A DNA stretch of 64,000 nucleotides, from assembly GCA_973851085.1 (NCBI GenBank), contig OZ316776.1:10788001-10852000 (forward strand). Reading direction: 5' to 3'. The notes under the pieces are model-generated. The model saw only the letters and a program-made list of their open reading frames with translations, did not search any database and had not been told where the DNA came from. This stretch comes from Ptychomitrium polyphyllum (lineage: Eukaryota). This document shows positions 38,801 through 53,600 of this stretch, one piece after another (position 1 is the stretch's first letter; the number at the start of each line of letters is the position of its first letter). The position numbers and the translations under genes were made by a program.

Positions 38801-39002
38801 GCAGAGCCAGCAAAATGCTTTTGTGATTAGACCCCCATGGACGGTGATGATGCCGCTGCCGCCTTCCATTCCGTACCAAGATGTTAACCGGTGTGGCATT
38901 CTGTGAAGTTGTTGCTTGCAGCTTGAAGGGCATTATTGCAGCGGGCTGCAATCTGCTTGCAGCATCCATTTGTATGATGTCCCGCATCCGCAGGGCCATC
39001 AT
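35871..39002 (-). CDS. MSL1: Mechanosensitive ion channel, MscS-like MSL1 type (6 exons: 39002-38341, 37740-37463, 37269-37169, 36608-36501, 36403-36182, 35999-35871; ~499 aa)
   Basis: Motifs VPYELSMCGALEDP, VWFLYRWK, AEACGMAVQSILTVGGIGGVATAFAAKD..GN...G...QFSKPFSIGD, GQVVEMG, KFPIIVPNSFFSSQVIVNKSR match the MSL1 clade. GT-AG introns with consistent phases (1500 nt). Start codon uncertain. Confidence 0.93.
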
Positions 39003-42000
39003 CCCGTATCAGTATCATCACCAGATTTCCTAGTCCGAACTAAAAAGAGTGTCTTAAACCTCCACTTCCAAATGCCTGCGAAGCTCAACGTCCATACAAG
39101 GTTCATCGCACATGAAAGGCAAGATACACACATCCATGACAATTGACTTTCCAAAAGCTTGTCAGATACAAGCCTGCCCTTAATTAGAGTTCACTTGTAA
39201 AGTAAAGTTCGCACCATCAACAACTCCCTGATGCAAGCGTATGCTATCCATGCTACAAAAGGAAGAAGCCACTGCTGGAGGAACGCAGAAAACTAGCACC
39301 AAGTTACCGGTTCATGAACCCAACAGCCGACTATGCAACATGATGTCCCTCATACTTGCGATCCTTGTCCGTTCAGATCTCCAAACACAAAAATCTGATC
39401 CAGAAACCAAATTCACAGGTCATGAATGCATGCGCCACTACATCACGTAATACAACACCATGCATTCACCATGTGAAGAGACGAGATTCAGCTCCAACAG
39501 CACCTGCAGTGCTGGGATTTCCAATTCAGACTGCCGCCGTTGACGCCACGAGGAGTCTGTATGGCGCCCTTCATAACATCCACGCTCGACTGATACCCGG
39601 AGTATACGAAGTGCTATATTGCGATGCCCAATTGTACTGAAGCGGGTATCTGCCGAGAAGGACTAGATTGTAACGTCGCAAGCCTGTCGAGGCTCCAATT
39701 TGTGAGCATGCAAGCTCCGAATGTTCTCCATGAGCGGAGAGCTGTGCATTCATTGCAGGGAAGAAAAACTTTGCACAATATTCCTCAGTAATTGCAGTTG
39801 GGAAAGTAACAATGAATGATAGGGCGGATAGGTGGTGGTGAATGCACAAAGGTATGAATGTAGTGTGGTGACTTGGTGTACAAATGATTTTAACCTTCAT
39901 TTGAATAAGGTTTTGATGATGGGTTTGTACTTTTGGATGATAAGATTATTCTTTTGAGAAAAAAAGTTCAAAAGGGTCGGTAAGAATGTTATTTAGATGT
40001 GTGCAAAATAAATCTTGCTTTACTTGTTGCCATTGTTATTACTTCTAATTGTAAATTAGATTCACAAAATTGAAGGGACTTAACTTCTACATCCAAACTT
40101 AAGCAAAAAAAATGGATTCCACCAAGCAGCTCTTTAAATGTGCGCAACTCATCTTTTAATTAGCATTTCTTTCTTGATTCTAGACTAATATAATTTAAGG
40201 GTAGCATATACAAGTTTAACAAAACATCATTCACCCTCTTAATCTTCTTTTTAATTCTATAGTTGTCTTCAATGTTTTAAAAGTCAAAAGGCTAATTAAA
40301 GATTCTTTCTTTTTCTAGGTTTTTTTTAGCAATGCAGATGACTTTGCATTTCTAACTTTCAACTTCTTAAAATATTAAAAGTAACAATAATTACTATTAA
40401 ACTCATTGCAACACAAAGAACCTTCATTGTACGTTACAACCTTCAATATTATTAATTATGGTTATTATAGGTAAATTTTCATCCATTTTTAACATCTTAC
40501 AATTTAATGATTGACTTTGTAATTCTAAAAATTCTAAAATCTTTAATTCCAAGGCTACTTTAGAACTAAAATATAAATATGTGGCATTATTTATCAACAT
40601 GTTCTTACCTATTATTGAAAATATATACTAATAATAAAAATTATATTATTACTCAAACTTTCAAAGAAAAAAATTACAAAACTCTATAAATTTTGAAATG
40701 GTTCTATGTAGGTACAAATAATCTTCTAATTATCATGTTTGGTGTATAGAAAAACCTTTTAATAATCAATATTTGTAATAATTTTTATAAAAAGATGATA
40801 GTTATAATTAAGAATATATGTATTCTTTCAACAAATAGAGATATTTATAAAAAAAATTGAATTGAAAATTGAAGTTGATTTTTGACCTATATGTATATTA
40901 CATATCATTCAAAGTCTTCACTAGTTATAATTTATCTCTTCATAAAAGAAAATTGAGGATTCAAATTGTTGGAATGTTGCAATTGTACCTTAATCTTATG
41001 TTTGGAAGAATATACAAGTCTATCACCTATCTATTAACATGCTATATAGAAGGACGTCTCCCATAGTTATATCATGGTTATAAATATTTTCATGGAATTG
41101 CAGTGTTATGTGATATTTGTATAACAATTGATGCATGTTAAAGTAATAGAATGAAATAGCACTTTCAATACATTATTCTCATTTTCTACAACAATTTTGT
41201 AATGTCTAATATATTATGAAAAAAACCAATATATATTTGTATGTATAAATAAAAATATAGATGTATTATATGACTATACAAGTACCTTATTTCTTATAAA
41301 TGAGGTCCTATATTTATTAATGAATTTTTTTTCTATTGATAATTTGCAATATTCAACTTTGTATTTAATTGAATTATTAAACTATTTCACATTAAATGAC
41401 TTATCATCACATTGATTAATATTATAGCTAGATTTGTAGATTATCTTATTGCACAGTTTAGTATCATTTATAAGTTCCAAAAATGGTAATCACTTGATTT
41501 ATTGTGGATTCTAAGGTCATTTGTTAGATGCAAAGATTGCAATTGGCAATAATATTAATGAATGGTTTTTAATCTTTTATATGTTGTTAATTGTTAATTC
41601 CAAGTAAGTAAGTAAGTAAGTAAGGTTACAATAAAAAGAAACAGGTCTTTTTAATGCACCTTGACTTTGCAATGAAAATTAACAAATTTCAAGGTCAGTT
41701 TTTAAAGTTTGTTGGAATTTATAATTGATAATATATTTTACTTGCAATCAAATCAATATAGCAACTTCTTACATAAGTAAAAGAACCAATTTTAAGTATA
41801 TCTTACTACTCATGGAATGTCTATACATTCAATTCATATTTGTGATCCAAAATATTATGTATAGGGTGGTTTTGTAGAACATTTATTATATAAACTTAGA
41901 TTGTAAAATCAAAAAGATTGCATTTATTATATTTGCATTGCAAAAAAACATTATTGCTTAAATATTCACAAGAAATTTAACAAATGTGTGCCATAAATTT

Positions 42001-43273
42001 CATTTTATCATAAAATCATCATAATTTCACATCCATTCTACTTTCATCCATTTATATTATATTATATTACAACAAGCTTTAGTACAATCGTTAAGTATAA
42101 AAGAAAAACAAATAAAATAACAAAATTAATAAATACTTTTATCCATAATATGTTTATATTATTTATGATTAATTTTTTACTTTTGAAAATGAAACAAATA
42201 AAAAAAGATATAATTTCTTTTACAACTTCCTTATTTTAAAGAAGGGAGAAATTTCCAAGAGTTTGAAGGTGCTAAGAAGAAAAAACATCCAAATTTAATT
42301 CTACTTTATATGCATACTTACATACACAAAACAAATGCATGCAATCTACTAAACTAAGCTTAAGTGTTTTCTTGTGGTTATTCAAAAATATTAAAAAAAA
42401 CAAAAATAGTAAATGTTGTGTCTTGAAATAACTTGTGAAGGCTACTAAAAACAATTCCAAACTATTTTTATTTTTGAAGTTTTTTTTTACTACTAAAAGA
42501 AAAATTAAATTATGAAAATCAAAGATATGTGTGAGGTAATTTTTCTATTATGTGTATAACATACTATTTCAAAAGATATAAAAAAACAACACATGATTGT
42601 TGAAACCACTTAGCAACGCACATTCCATTTGAACTTACAATTGATTTATTATATGACATTATACATTTCAAAAGTGACCTAAGACAATCTACAATGTTGA
42701 TTCCATAATTCAATTATTTTGGATAATTATTGCTAAATTCCAAAAAATAATCTCCTAGTCCGAATTCCGAATTTTGTTGATATTGAGAGGGTTTGTATTA
42801 AAAAGTGTAGCAATTTCATTAAAAGAATTTTGTCACAGCCAGACATATAAACATATAAAGAACGCCAGTAAAGCAAAGAACGCCGTTAGATTCCAATGCC
42901 TTTTCAATGCTTGAGCCCAAAGTGATCCAGTAAACATAAAGCCGAAATAACTAATGAGAAAGGACGAGCACACAAGTAGGAGCGCGAAGGAGCCCATTGG
43001 CCGAGCGATAGAGAGGGGGGAGTGCAGTGCAACGCTACAGGCAGGAAAACCCTAATCGAGGGCCGAGACAAGTAAGTAAATAATCTCTCCCGGTGCGGGA
43101 GCCTCGGCCGTTCCCGGGGTCCGGGGCACGGGACACGGGACACCGGGCACAAGGCCGGGAACGGCAGACGGCGTGGTCGGCCTATGGGAGCTCGACGCCC
43201 GGGGTGCGCCGTCGGACCATGGCAGACAGAACTCTAAAGTTTGCACAAAGCTTGTTCTGCTGCGCCTGGGCGC

Positions 43274-43385
43274 TGCTCTGCACTGCACTGCCCTGCACTG
43301 CCCTGCACTGCCCTGCAGCCTCACCAACCGGAGCCACGCTCGGCGCTCTGCACTCGCACTCGCACTCGCACTCGCACTCGCACTT
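43274..43385 (+). repeat. Short tandem repeats (CTGCA/CTGCC)n and (GCACTC)n in the PQBP1-like 5' UTR
   Basis: CTGCACTGCACTGCCCTGCACTGCCC... followed by about 6 GCACTC units immediately before the ATG at 43395. Confidence 0.85.
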
Positions 43386-43394
43386 GCGCTCTCC

Positions 43395-46300
43395 ATGGCG
43401 GGCCGGGGCCGCGGCCGCGACCTCACCATGCCGGCCTGTGAGTAGTCCGCATTCACTTCTTTCTTTCATTGCTCTTGCTCTGTGTCGCATTGCGCTCCCA
43501 TGCGCCTCTGCGGAACTCCAGACTTCCTGTTGCGGATTCCGTCGTGCCTTTTTCCTTGCTTTGCTTTGGTTGCGTTGCGTTGCGTGCGTGGAGGGAGGAC
43601 TTAGGTTAACTCTGGAGTTGGATTCTGGCAGTTCTGGTATTGGTTTTGGCCTATTGGAGGTAAGTGCTGGTTGTTTTTGTCTTGTGGTGGATTGCGGCAC
43701 CGAGGGAGAGAGAGAAAGAGCCGGGACGGTGGGGTGGAGGGGCCAGGTGTTCTGTGTTTTTAAGGTGGTACCCCGTGCGGAGACTGAAAGAAACTTGAAA
43801 CTGAATGTGTTTCGATTAGCTGGAGTCTGAGATTTTTTGCGGTGGACGAGAATTAAATTGCATGGAGAGTCATGACAATCAGTTTCAACTGAGGAGGAGG
43901 GGGAATCGCCAATGAGTGACAGTAGGATATCATTTTGACCTCGGAGTCGTGACTATTCTTTGGTGTCGTCCGGCGTAATTTAGGCTGGTTCAGTTTAGGG
44001 CTAAGGGTTACAGAGTCCATTTGCTTAAAAGTGATGGTATTTGAGCATCATGGACGAGGATCCCTGCACTGGTTCCGAATGACGGTGTATTTTGAATGGT
44101 ATCTGAAGTGGCTTAAGTTGTCTGGTTGGAATTGGTCCAAGGAATAAGAAGATTCAAGCTGCAAATCGAAATTTTTGTCTGTCTTAGGTGAAACATTGAC
44201 CTGGCAGAATCTTAAAGTTCAGCTACGAGTTTCCTAAAAACCTAGGGCATCGGGCACAGGCGTTAGATTGATTTGAGAGATTGATCGACAATCTCTTTAC
44301 TTTACATTCAAACATCGGTGCTCACTGTCAATGTTTGAAGGAGCATAGACAACGTTCAGGGGCCGTTGGTTTGGTTGAGTTCAACTCTCTGTAGACCCGC
44401 TTGAATGAGGACAGCGCATTTGCCAGGATTTTAGTTCTGAGAATCTGAGTGAGGTTTGCTTTTAGAGCATAGTGCCTAGTTTTAATTTCTCCATTTTGAC
44501 ACACTCAACCACCATTCCTGTTATATCTTGTCCCTTCTGCCATTGCTTGGACTATGCCTTACTGTTATCTCATGACATACTTTTGGACGGAGAGATGCGT
44601 CTGGGTTCAGGTGATTGTATCGCGGTTATTAGAGTCCGTCCGCTTGCTTTCATCGACATGGATCGGTACCTTAGAGTTACCTTATTGGCAGAGTAGACCT
44701 CAAAGACCGCAGTTTGATAACCTTCAGTTTATTTAGTGTCATACGTTGTGAGAGCGACATGGTGAATCTATAGTGCTCGCGTATACTCATTATTGTATTG
44801 ATGTTATGAGACGAATTGTGTAAATAAATTCTGAAAGCTGTGTGTTCTGACAGGGATGAAAGGGGGTCAAGTGCCTGCGTCTGACAAGCCTCCACCTCTA
44901 GGCGCTCTAGCAGACGATGGCTCTGAAAGCAACCACTCCATGCGGCCACTGGCTCCTGGTGTTCCTGGAGGAGGCCCTCTAGGTTTACAGTTTCAGCAGC
45001 ATGGACAGGGGCCGCCCTTTATGGGACATCAGCGGCCTCCGTTTCAACAAATGAACCATTTTCGGCCTCCTGGGACTCAGCAAGGACCTCCATTTCAGCC
45101 GAACTTGCAAAGTCCACCTCAGCACTTCCCCCGCGGTCCCCCCAATGGTCCATTTCCCCCTGGATCAAATCATCAGCACCCTGGGCAGTTTCATAGTTTG
45201 CCACCGCAGCAATATTCCATCAATCCCGGTGGCCAGGGTAACCCAGGGCAACCTCCTTTTTCGAGACCTCCTTTTAACCATCCTCAGCAATTTCCTCCTC
45301 AACAGTTCCCATTTCAACCTCACCCTGCTGGCAATCATGTTGAACCTTCCTTCTCGGGACCCCCGCCTACTGCTGGAGGTCCGCCACCTCATGCTGGACT
45401 ATCTTCCTCACCTTTCCCGCTCTCTCAAAGTCAGCAACATGAAGGGCAGTTTCAGCCGCAGCCACAGCCACAGCCACAGCTTCATGCTCCTTCACAAAAT
45501 GAACCTGCCAGTCGTGGGGTGCCCTTAGAGAGTATTAGTGGACCATTGAATGGCGGTGGTCCGTTAAGTCAGCCACATCAACCCCATTCAGATTTGGGTG
45601 GATTACCAGATTCTCAATTGTCGCAATTTTCACCTCATGGACATCACCAAGCCCATCCTCGAGATACTTTTCCTCAAATGATGCAAGGAGGATCTGGTGG
45701 AGGAGGTCCTCCTCACTGGTTGTCTCAAGGACAACCTCCACTGCATATGCAGATGCCTCATATGCAACCTCAGCGTCCCTGGTCCCATCCGGGTTTCACA
45801 CTACCAGCGCAGGAGCAGCCCCGACAAGGTTACCCGCTGCATCCGCAAGGTCCTGAACAGCAAACGCATCAGAAACGACAGACTGGTTTTCATGATGCCC
45901 CAACATCGCATCTGCAGGGTCAACCAAACTCCGATCAATTTCGAGAGAATCCTTCAGCGCAAGAAAAACTAATGGATCAACAGCAGCCCAGAAAACGGAA
46001 GTCTCGATGGGACCCGGTACCAGAAGAGAAAGCTAGCCCTGATGTTGAACATCGAGAAAGCACAACAGGGGGGTGGCCAGGAGGACATCCACAGGATCAG
46101 TGGAAGCCAGGACCGAGCCTAGGGTTTGCACGAAATGGACAGGGCTTTTACAATAACAGAGATGTTGATGGGTTTCGGATGGAAGTTGCAGTGCAGGAGG
46201 CAGTGCTGAGAGAACAAGAAGCTAGTGCCCACGATGTTATTGCTCAACAAAGGTGTGTATCATGTCAAGGCATGCTTGTGAATTTGGAAAATATGTTAAT

Positions 46301-49300
46301 TTACTGGATGCATTGTACATATGTATCGAAATTACTTCGATTACTAGCTAATTTTGCTCTTTTGTAAGTTCCTCTATACTGCGGAAACCTCTGTCTCCTT
46401 TTTGACCTGAATTCTGTCTATTGAATCGAAAGTAGTAGTTCTCTAAATTTTTGAAGTAAAATGCAGTTAGTTATGTTCTCATGAGGCTACATCCGTCTCT
46501 CTCACTTAACAGGAGAGATAACAGGCCTTTCAACACCTTGGATATGAGTGAACGAGATGTTCTTTCGGCTCGACATGACGAGGGTGAACTCAAGGTGAGA
46601 ACTTACACTTACCTGTCTGAATCTTGATGTGAACCCATTCGTGGATGACACAAATCTGGAGCTCTATGATCAACTCGAGATGAGAGGAGTTAGACCTCCT
46701 TAAGGATTAGAGCCTTTTATGGTTAAAAACCTGATCGAAATAAGAGAAATTGGTCCCGTTGTTTATGTATAATGAACACTTATTTGTCTACTTTAGCAGC
46801 TTCCCTTTGTCTAAGTGGACTTGACATTGGCACCATGAACTATCTTTCAGCTTCTATAATCGATTTGATCAGATAATACTTGGATTGTACAAATTAGCCA
46901 TTTGCCCTTGGTTTTGGATAGATCGTCTCTATTCCAAGGTGTTCTGTCTTCGCAAATTTATCCTCGAAATCGTGAGCATCTTTATCAGTAGTGTAGTATT
47001 CGTCAGCTCAACTATTTTGCTTGTGTGGCCTTGTTTTTCCTATTTACCACTAAAGTGAAAGTTTCCAACTTACTCTAGTTGGAGAAATACACACCAAGAG
47101 GTTGGTGCAGTAGATCGAGGGTAACAACAAGGATAGTAAACTTTGTGGGAAGAGGGTGTGGTCGGTGAAGTGTGGCTGACTTGTGGATGCAGGAGAAGCT
47201 TCTGAAGATGACCTCTGAGCACCGGTTGGAGATGGCTTCTAAGCGGGGAAGGCCCACCCAACTAGAGCAAGGTCGTGATGGTGGTGGGGTTATATGGCAG
47301 ATTCTGTGACACTAATATAAGGACAATTTGTGCATCTTTTTTTGTGTTACTTTCTTTGCACCGGAATTCAAGGACGTGGACGTTCTTTGTTTATCAATTT
47401 CTCATAACTATCAGATTGCATTAGATTGTTGGTGTGGCTTGATATCTTCTAGTAGAGTAAGTAAGCAGCTTACTCAATGAGCCAAATACGTGGTCTTTAT
47501 GCATGCGAGCTGCCGTCTAACACCAGATATGCGCATGCCTTCTATTCCTGTTTTTCCCAAAAGGGTGGATAACATTCTAGCTCTTATTACCGGGTTTGAG
47601 CATCTGTATCTAAGATCTTTTATCTGTAAATTTCTTGTGCTGCAGACAATATGGAGATTGGTAATGGTTACGGTGTGCCGGGAGGGGGTGCTTATTACAA
47701 TGGTGCACGTCTACCAATGTTTACATTAGCTGCTGATTCCAATGTGTTCAAGCCAGATTTTAATGGGCCTTCTGCTAGGCCTGCTTTCGATGGAAGACAT
47801 CCTGGACAATTTGAAGGCTCTTTGGGCATTCCCGATGGAGGTGAGCGCTTTAGATCAGCTGGTGCCCGGATTAATATTCCCGGGCCTGTCGATGAGCAAG
47901 CTGGGACTATCAGAAGGGATGTCGATCATCGGGACGTCAAGAACTTTGATGGAATGGGTGATAAAGGAAGCTTGCCCGATTTTCTTAAAGAGAGGTTGAA
48001 AGCGCGTGGCATTCTTAAGGATGGACTAGACATTAATTCCCCAAATATGGTGAGTCGCCTTAGCTTCTAATTTGTATGAAGAAAAAGTTGTTCATTAACA
48101 GGATGTCTTCAGGAGCAATAATCGATCAACGTTCACTTTGTTAGATCTTTACTTGTTGGTTGATTTGTTCTGTCCTTGGAGCTGGGCACAGGCTTAGTCT
48201 TCGTTTTCGATGCTAGTATCGTTTTAAGAACCTTTGTTTTGCTCAAGGTTGAGTTGTTCTGGTTGATGCTTTTCGAGTATGATGTTTTTTGAACCACTTT
48301 ACAATGAGCATGCAAAACCTTCTTCTTGTGCAGAATACCTCTGAAAATGAATCAGCAGATGCGCTACCTCCAGGCTGGGTATGCAATGGCGCCTACACTT
48401 ATTCTCCCCGACAGCAACAGTTCATCGCAATTGTCTGCCTTCAATGATGTTTTCAGGATGTAGTTGAATTGTTGGATGGATTATCACTGGTAGCCTTTTT
48501 CTAGTACTCATGTTTAACTTTCTTGTTAGAAAATCATGTTGAATGAAAGCAGGTTTTTCCGTGAATTATTGCTTTTTTGTTGCTCTGGCTGGATTACTGT
48601 TGTTCTACAATAGGATTTCAGTACATCCAGATGCTTTTCTGACACGATGATGATTGTCCAGGTGGAAGGGAAGGATCCGGATAGTGGAGTTACGTACTAT
48701 TATAACCAGTCGACAGGGACAAGCCAGTGGGAACGTCCGGCTTCTAAAGTTCTGCTTCCACCACCACCCCCTCCACCTTCTCTCGCACAGTTGCCTCTTG
48801 ATTGGCAAGAGGCCACTGATTCCGCTTCAGGTATACTTTAGAAAGTGGTTTCAGTTCGTGTTGATTTTTGCTCCGCACCCTATATATTTGTTATTAAATC
48901 TTTTCCTTTGCAGTAAATGTTTTATGTGAAGGAATATTATAGCGTGGTCCTTATTGAGGATGCTTAAGAGCTGCATTGCTTGTACTTTATGGCAGGTCAA
49001 AAGTATTATTATAACACAAAGACAAATGAAACACGTTGGGAGAGGCCCAGGATAGCTACTCCTGTTGCAGAGGATAGTTTTGAAAATCATGTATCAACTG
49101 GCAATGGTGATGTATCCTTGGCTGCAATTAATGGCTCAAAGTTCAAAAAGTGTTTAGGTTGTCAAGGTTGGGGCCGAGGACTCGTACAAGCCTGGAATTA
49201 TTGTAATCACTGTACTAGGTACGGATCGTTCATGATTTTAACACATACATGTATGTACAAGCTGCATGCAGATCATAATTTGTCCTTACATTTTCTGATA

Positions 49301-50673
49301 CAATTCACCAGATTTAGACTCACCCTGTTTAATAGGATAAACAAGCAAACTTAAATTAGTGTGTGTTCTCTGATATTTGATCTTCATGTGCTGAATGTGT
49401 TTTACATCTATGTCGTTTTACACTTGTGCTTAAACAGAGTTTTCAATATCCCGGTGCCTCCACAACATGTTTCACCTGGCCCAAAACGTTCAGCAGCAGC
49501 TGCTGCTGCTGCTCTTTCGACCGACGGAGTTGAGGATGTGGAAGAGCATGAACCGGAATTCAAGCACAAGTGGCAGGCAGATATCGCAGCAGCAGTGGGA
49601 GTTGATGTTGTGAAGAAGGACCCAAAGCAAAAGTATATCTAATCACCTCATGAGTGTAGATTATGGTGACGAATGTAGCTTCATCTTGACAGTCTTAGGT
49701 ATCTGTGTAGTGAGTGTCTACTAGATACTTACTTGATGAGGCTTGTTACTTAAGACTTATGTTTCGATTAGCTTATCCATTCTTTGTGGGACTGAGGAGT
49801 GTTGTTTTGTATGCAGGCTGGGCTTGAAGCCCCCAATAGCAAAGGTGAACAAAAGGGATCCGAGAAAGAGAGGTCCTGCTGACAGTGATGTTCTTGACCC
49901 GATGGACCCAAGTTCTTACTCGGATGCACCTCGCGGTGGTTGGTAAGTTCTGACATTTAGAATTCATGCTTTGCTTTGATATAACAAGATAGCAACTTGT
50001 TGGATTGAATGTTTGAACCTCCCTGTTTAACTTTCCAATCCTCACTTTCAGGGTAGGGATGTTTATAGCTGAATGCAATTTTCTCATAGCAATGAAGTAG
50101 CCCTCTCCGGCACTGGTATTTTTGACAAAGAGCTGTGGTTTACGGTAAATAAAGTCTTTATTTACGGTATCTTTTGTGTTTGTTTTTGGTTATCCACAGG
50201 GGAGTCGGGCTCAAGGGACAGCAACCTAAAGCAGCTGACACTACCGCTACAGTAAGTTCTTCAGCACTCTCTTTAGAAATGACTGAGTTTTTTTAGATGA
50301 TTTCGAGGTCTTACGAGTAAGGGGTGAGAGAATGTATTCTGTTCTCCTTGTTCGACAGACTTTCGTTTTGCATGTGTATAGTACGTTGTTACGCAGCTGT
50401 TCGCGACACATCCTTATCATTTTATTAACAGTGATTGTACATCTTAGATTGGACGAAGGAAATCAGTTCTGTACATATTATTTATGATAAGTTCATACCT
50501 TTTGTATCCTTATCTGTCTCCAGGGCCCTCTGTTTCAACAACGGCCGTATCCATCACCTGGTGCGGTTTTGCGAAGAAATGCTGAACTAGCTGGAGGCAA
50601 GCCAACCGGCCCTAATTATGCACCTATACACAAAAGAGGGGATGGGAGTGATGGCTTGGGTGATGCTGATTAG
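43395..50673 (+). CDS. PQBP1: PQBP1/Npw38-like WW-domain splicing factor (12 exons: 43395-43437, 44854-46252, 46513-46594, 47193-47271, 47646-48049, 48334-48378, 48662-48830, 48996-49218, 49438-49632, 49817-49942, 50200-50251, 50524-50673; ~988 aa)
   Basis: Two WW domains (LPPGW...[20 protein letters not shown]...[15 protein letters not shown]), a CxxC..CxxC motif, and the PQBP1 C-terminal signature [17 protein letters not shown]...[23 protein letters not shown]. All junctions are GT-AG and in phase (2967 nt). Exon 1 splices to give [17 protein letters not shown]. Confidence 0.92.
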
Positions 50674-53600
50674 ATGTGGATAATAGAGTACTTTGTAACT
50701 TTGGCCTTATTCTGCGACGCTTTTGTTGCCCTCCGACCCGTGGGGTCTGCATCTTTTCCCTGTTCATGCTACTCCTTTTTATTGTATTTCAGGTTGTGAC
50801 TGTAAAATTTAGGAACCGAAAGATCTGGTTTTATTTGGAGAGGATGTGCAATATGATGTTTGATTCGAATGAAGGTGTAGTTATCAATACATTGTAAGTG
50901 AAACTTAGAGGACATGAGTTTGCCCTAGTGCAGCTTCAAATCAGGAGTAATACACTTATTTTAACTTTCTCCTATCAAATGGATTTGGTGCTTAAATATC
51001 TCTTAATAGCACTGTGCGGTGCATTTCAATCATCGTTCTGTGGCTTGAGTGTTGGTTTGCGCCAATTGTTTTCGTACTTTTTTCAGGGGTTACAATTTTG
51101 GAGTGAGTAATGCGAAGTTGTATCAGTCAGTCTTTGTGATATGTATGGCTGATAGCCAGTGTGATCATCCATTCTCTGAAAGTATTACGAGACACTGTAA
51201 GATCGTCGGCAAGTTCGAATCAGTTACCAACGCTGAATTGAAGCTCGACCTTAGTCGAAGATACTACCTACCAACTGGAGACACGAAAGCGACGCTTCAG
51301 CATCATAGTTGTTTCTTCTATTGATGAGTAGGGGTGGTGAAAGGAGCAAACACCAGGATTAACACGCAGTTTCTGTGGATATAAGGTACAAGTCCTAGTG
51401 TTACTGAAACTCCTTGTCAAAATTGTACACAGTAAAGTAGTGATCTGTGGGCCTGAGATTGATCAGATAATTTAGCGCGAACAGAAGAACATGTGAAGCA
51501 GAGTTCATGGTGATCTGATGCACTGGTGTTCCAGCATATCCAATCTCCTGAGACTTGGGAAAGACTCAGTGGATATCGGCAACCTCCCAACCTGACCGCT
51601 GACAACCTGGCACTGTTGGGCCGGCGCACACAGTGTAAATTCCTCTTTGGTTAATTGTTTTAACCAATTGACTATATTTTAAATTTCTGAGCATACAAGA
51701 CGTGTCATGTAAATATCTATTTAGAAAAAGTTCGTACATCTTACGATAAAATCTACGAACTGTGATTTTACAGGGTAAAGTAGTGATCTATGATCTATGT
51801 AGTGAAACCATCAACCAACACAGACATGTGTTGCAACTTTAAAGATTCATTACTAATTCATCCAATGGCCAAAAAATACATGCTTAATTAGGTGTATACA
51901 TTGGGGTCAGGCTTAGTAGAGGTTTCAAATAAAAATTTAGAATGTTTTTGACAATGATATTTTTTGTTATTAACTAATTAAGAAACTCTTTCAAGGCATA
52001 TTATTAATGCGCTTTCTGCTCATTATCAAATATAACCATAATCAGGACTTCAAGTGCATTCGCTTTCCCATACTCTCATCTGGAAGAGGCTGTTTTTAGG
52101 GATGTTTCAAGAATGCCATGTTGGAATAACATGAAATATGTACGGAATTATATGCGAAATGACAATACTCATGTTATTGCTTTCCTTTTGGACACTCCAA
52201 CATCTCAAAATACATTGCAGTACAGAGCTTTTTAATTTGGTTGTGCTATTACAGAGAGTAAAATAGAAGCATTGCAAATGTATGAAAGATGGTCAATCAT
52301 GATCACTCAAAGATGAAGATTGTAATGAAGAGAGCTGTAGAATTATGACAACAATACATGTGTGTTACAAAAAAGAACTAATGATTTACAATATGAAAAT
52401 ATGTTTTCTTGTATTCTTCCACTTGGAAGATCTTTCTTTAAATTATTTGTATTTTTTGAAACTTTGCCTCCACCACCTCTATTGAACAATTATTCTTTCC
52501 TCAAATTTCAGAATGGGATAATCACTTCTAAATTTCATTTCATGCATTGTAGATTCCTTCCATGTAATCTAATATAATAGCAATCTTTGCTTGTGAGTAT
52601 ATATTCCATGAAAGAATTCATAGAATTGTTGTAAAGCTAGGTTTTTTTGTACATATTGTACTTAAATAGCAAGTTCATCACAATGCTCACAAAATTGCAA
52701 TTTCTTCATAAGATTTCTTGGAACTTAGATGTTGACATATATTACTTTCTCTTGCAAAATAATATATTTAGTAAGAAACTTATTGTATAGTTGTGGTATA
52801 AAATGGAGGCACATCTACAAAAAATTCTTAATCCACTCTTCCATTGATAGAAGAGTTGAAAATAACATTAAGGTCTTCATACTTAGAAATCAAGGCCATT
52901 TTTCAAAATTAATATTCAAATTGGTTGGTGATATATTAATGGATTAAGAAGTTGAGATGGTTTCCATCTTTAGAATTGGGCACTTTAAAAATAGAAGGTC
53001 AATGCATCTTAAAACAAATTTTTTTTTAAAACCTTGATGATAAATTTTCTTAAAGATAGTTCTAAAAAATTTGGTTTCCACTTCATGTGTACAATGGCCT
53101 TTGTAGTAAATGCATTTGGGGACTTATAAACTCATTGGAACTATATTCTATTTTTAAAAATAAGTAAAGTCTAAAATTGTTGAGCCAACAAAAAAAAACG
53201 GATCCTTAATTATGAACTAATAAATCATTTTGCATGACCATTATACTTGTCAAATTTGTTTAAATTTTGATGTAAAAGAGTTCATTCAACTTTTAGGTAC
53301 TTAATATACAACTTCATATATCATTTAAAAGAAACATGTATCTATAATTGTAAAACTAAACATTAAATTAAATGGTTTATTTGGCTAATATTTTTTATAT
53401 GAAATGTTGCTTTAATTTCTTATTTTTCTTATTAAAATCATATGCAATCTATGTGCTATAATTTATTAAATTTAATAGTTTAGATTTCAAAAAACTATAG
53501 ACTTTATAGTAGAAATTAAAAAATCAACTAATAGATACAAAAGTATAATGTAAATTAAAAACTATTTTTAAAAAATTAAGAAAATTAAAAGCTTTCAAAC

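Noticed and set aside
42904..43830. Long ORFs (e.g. 43093..43830) with HSHS/CECE/ALAL runs
   Set aside because: Artefacts of 5' UTR microsatellites and high GC. The real coding part is the 43-nt exon 43395-43437.
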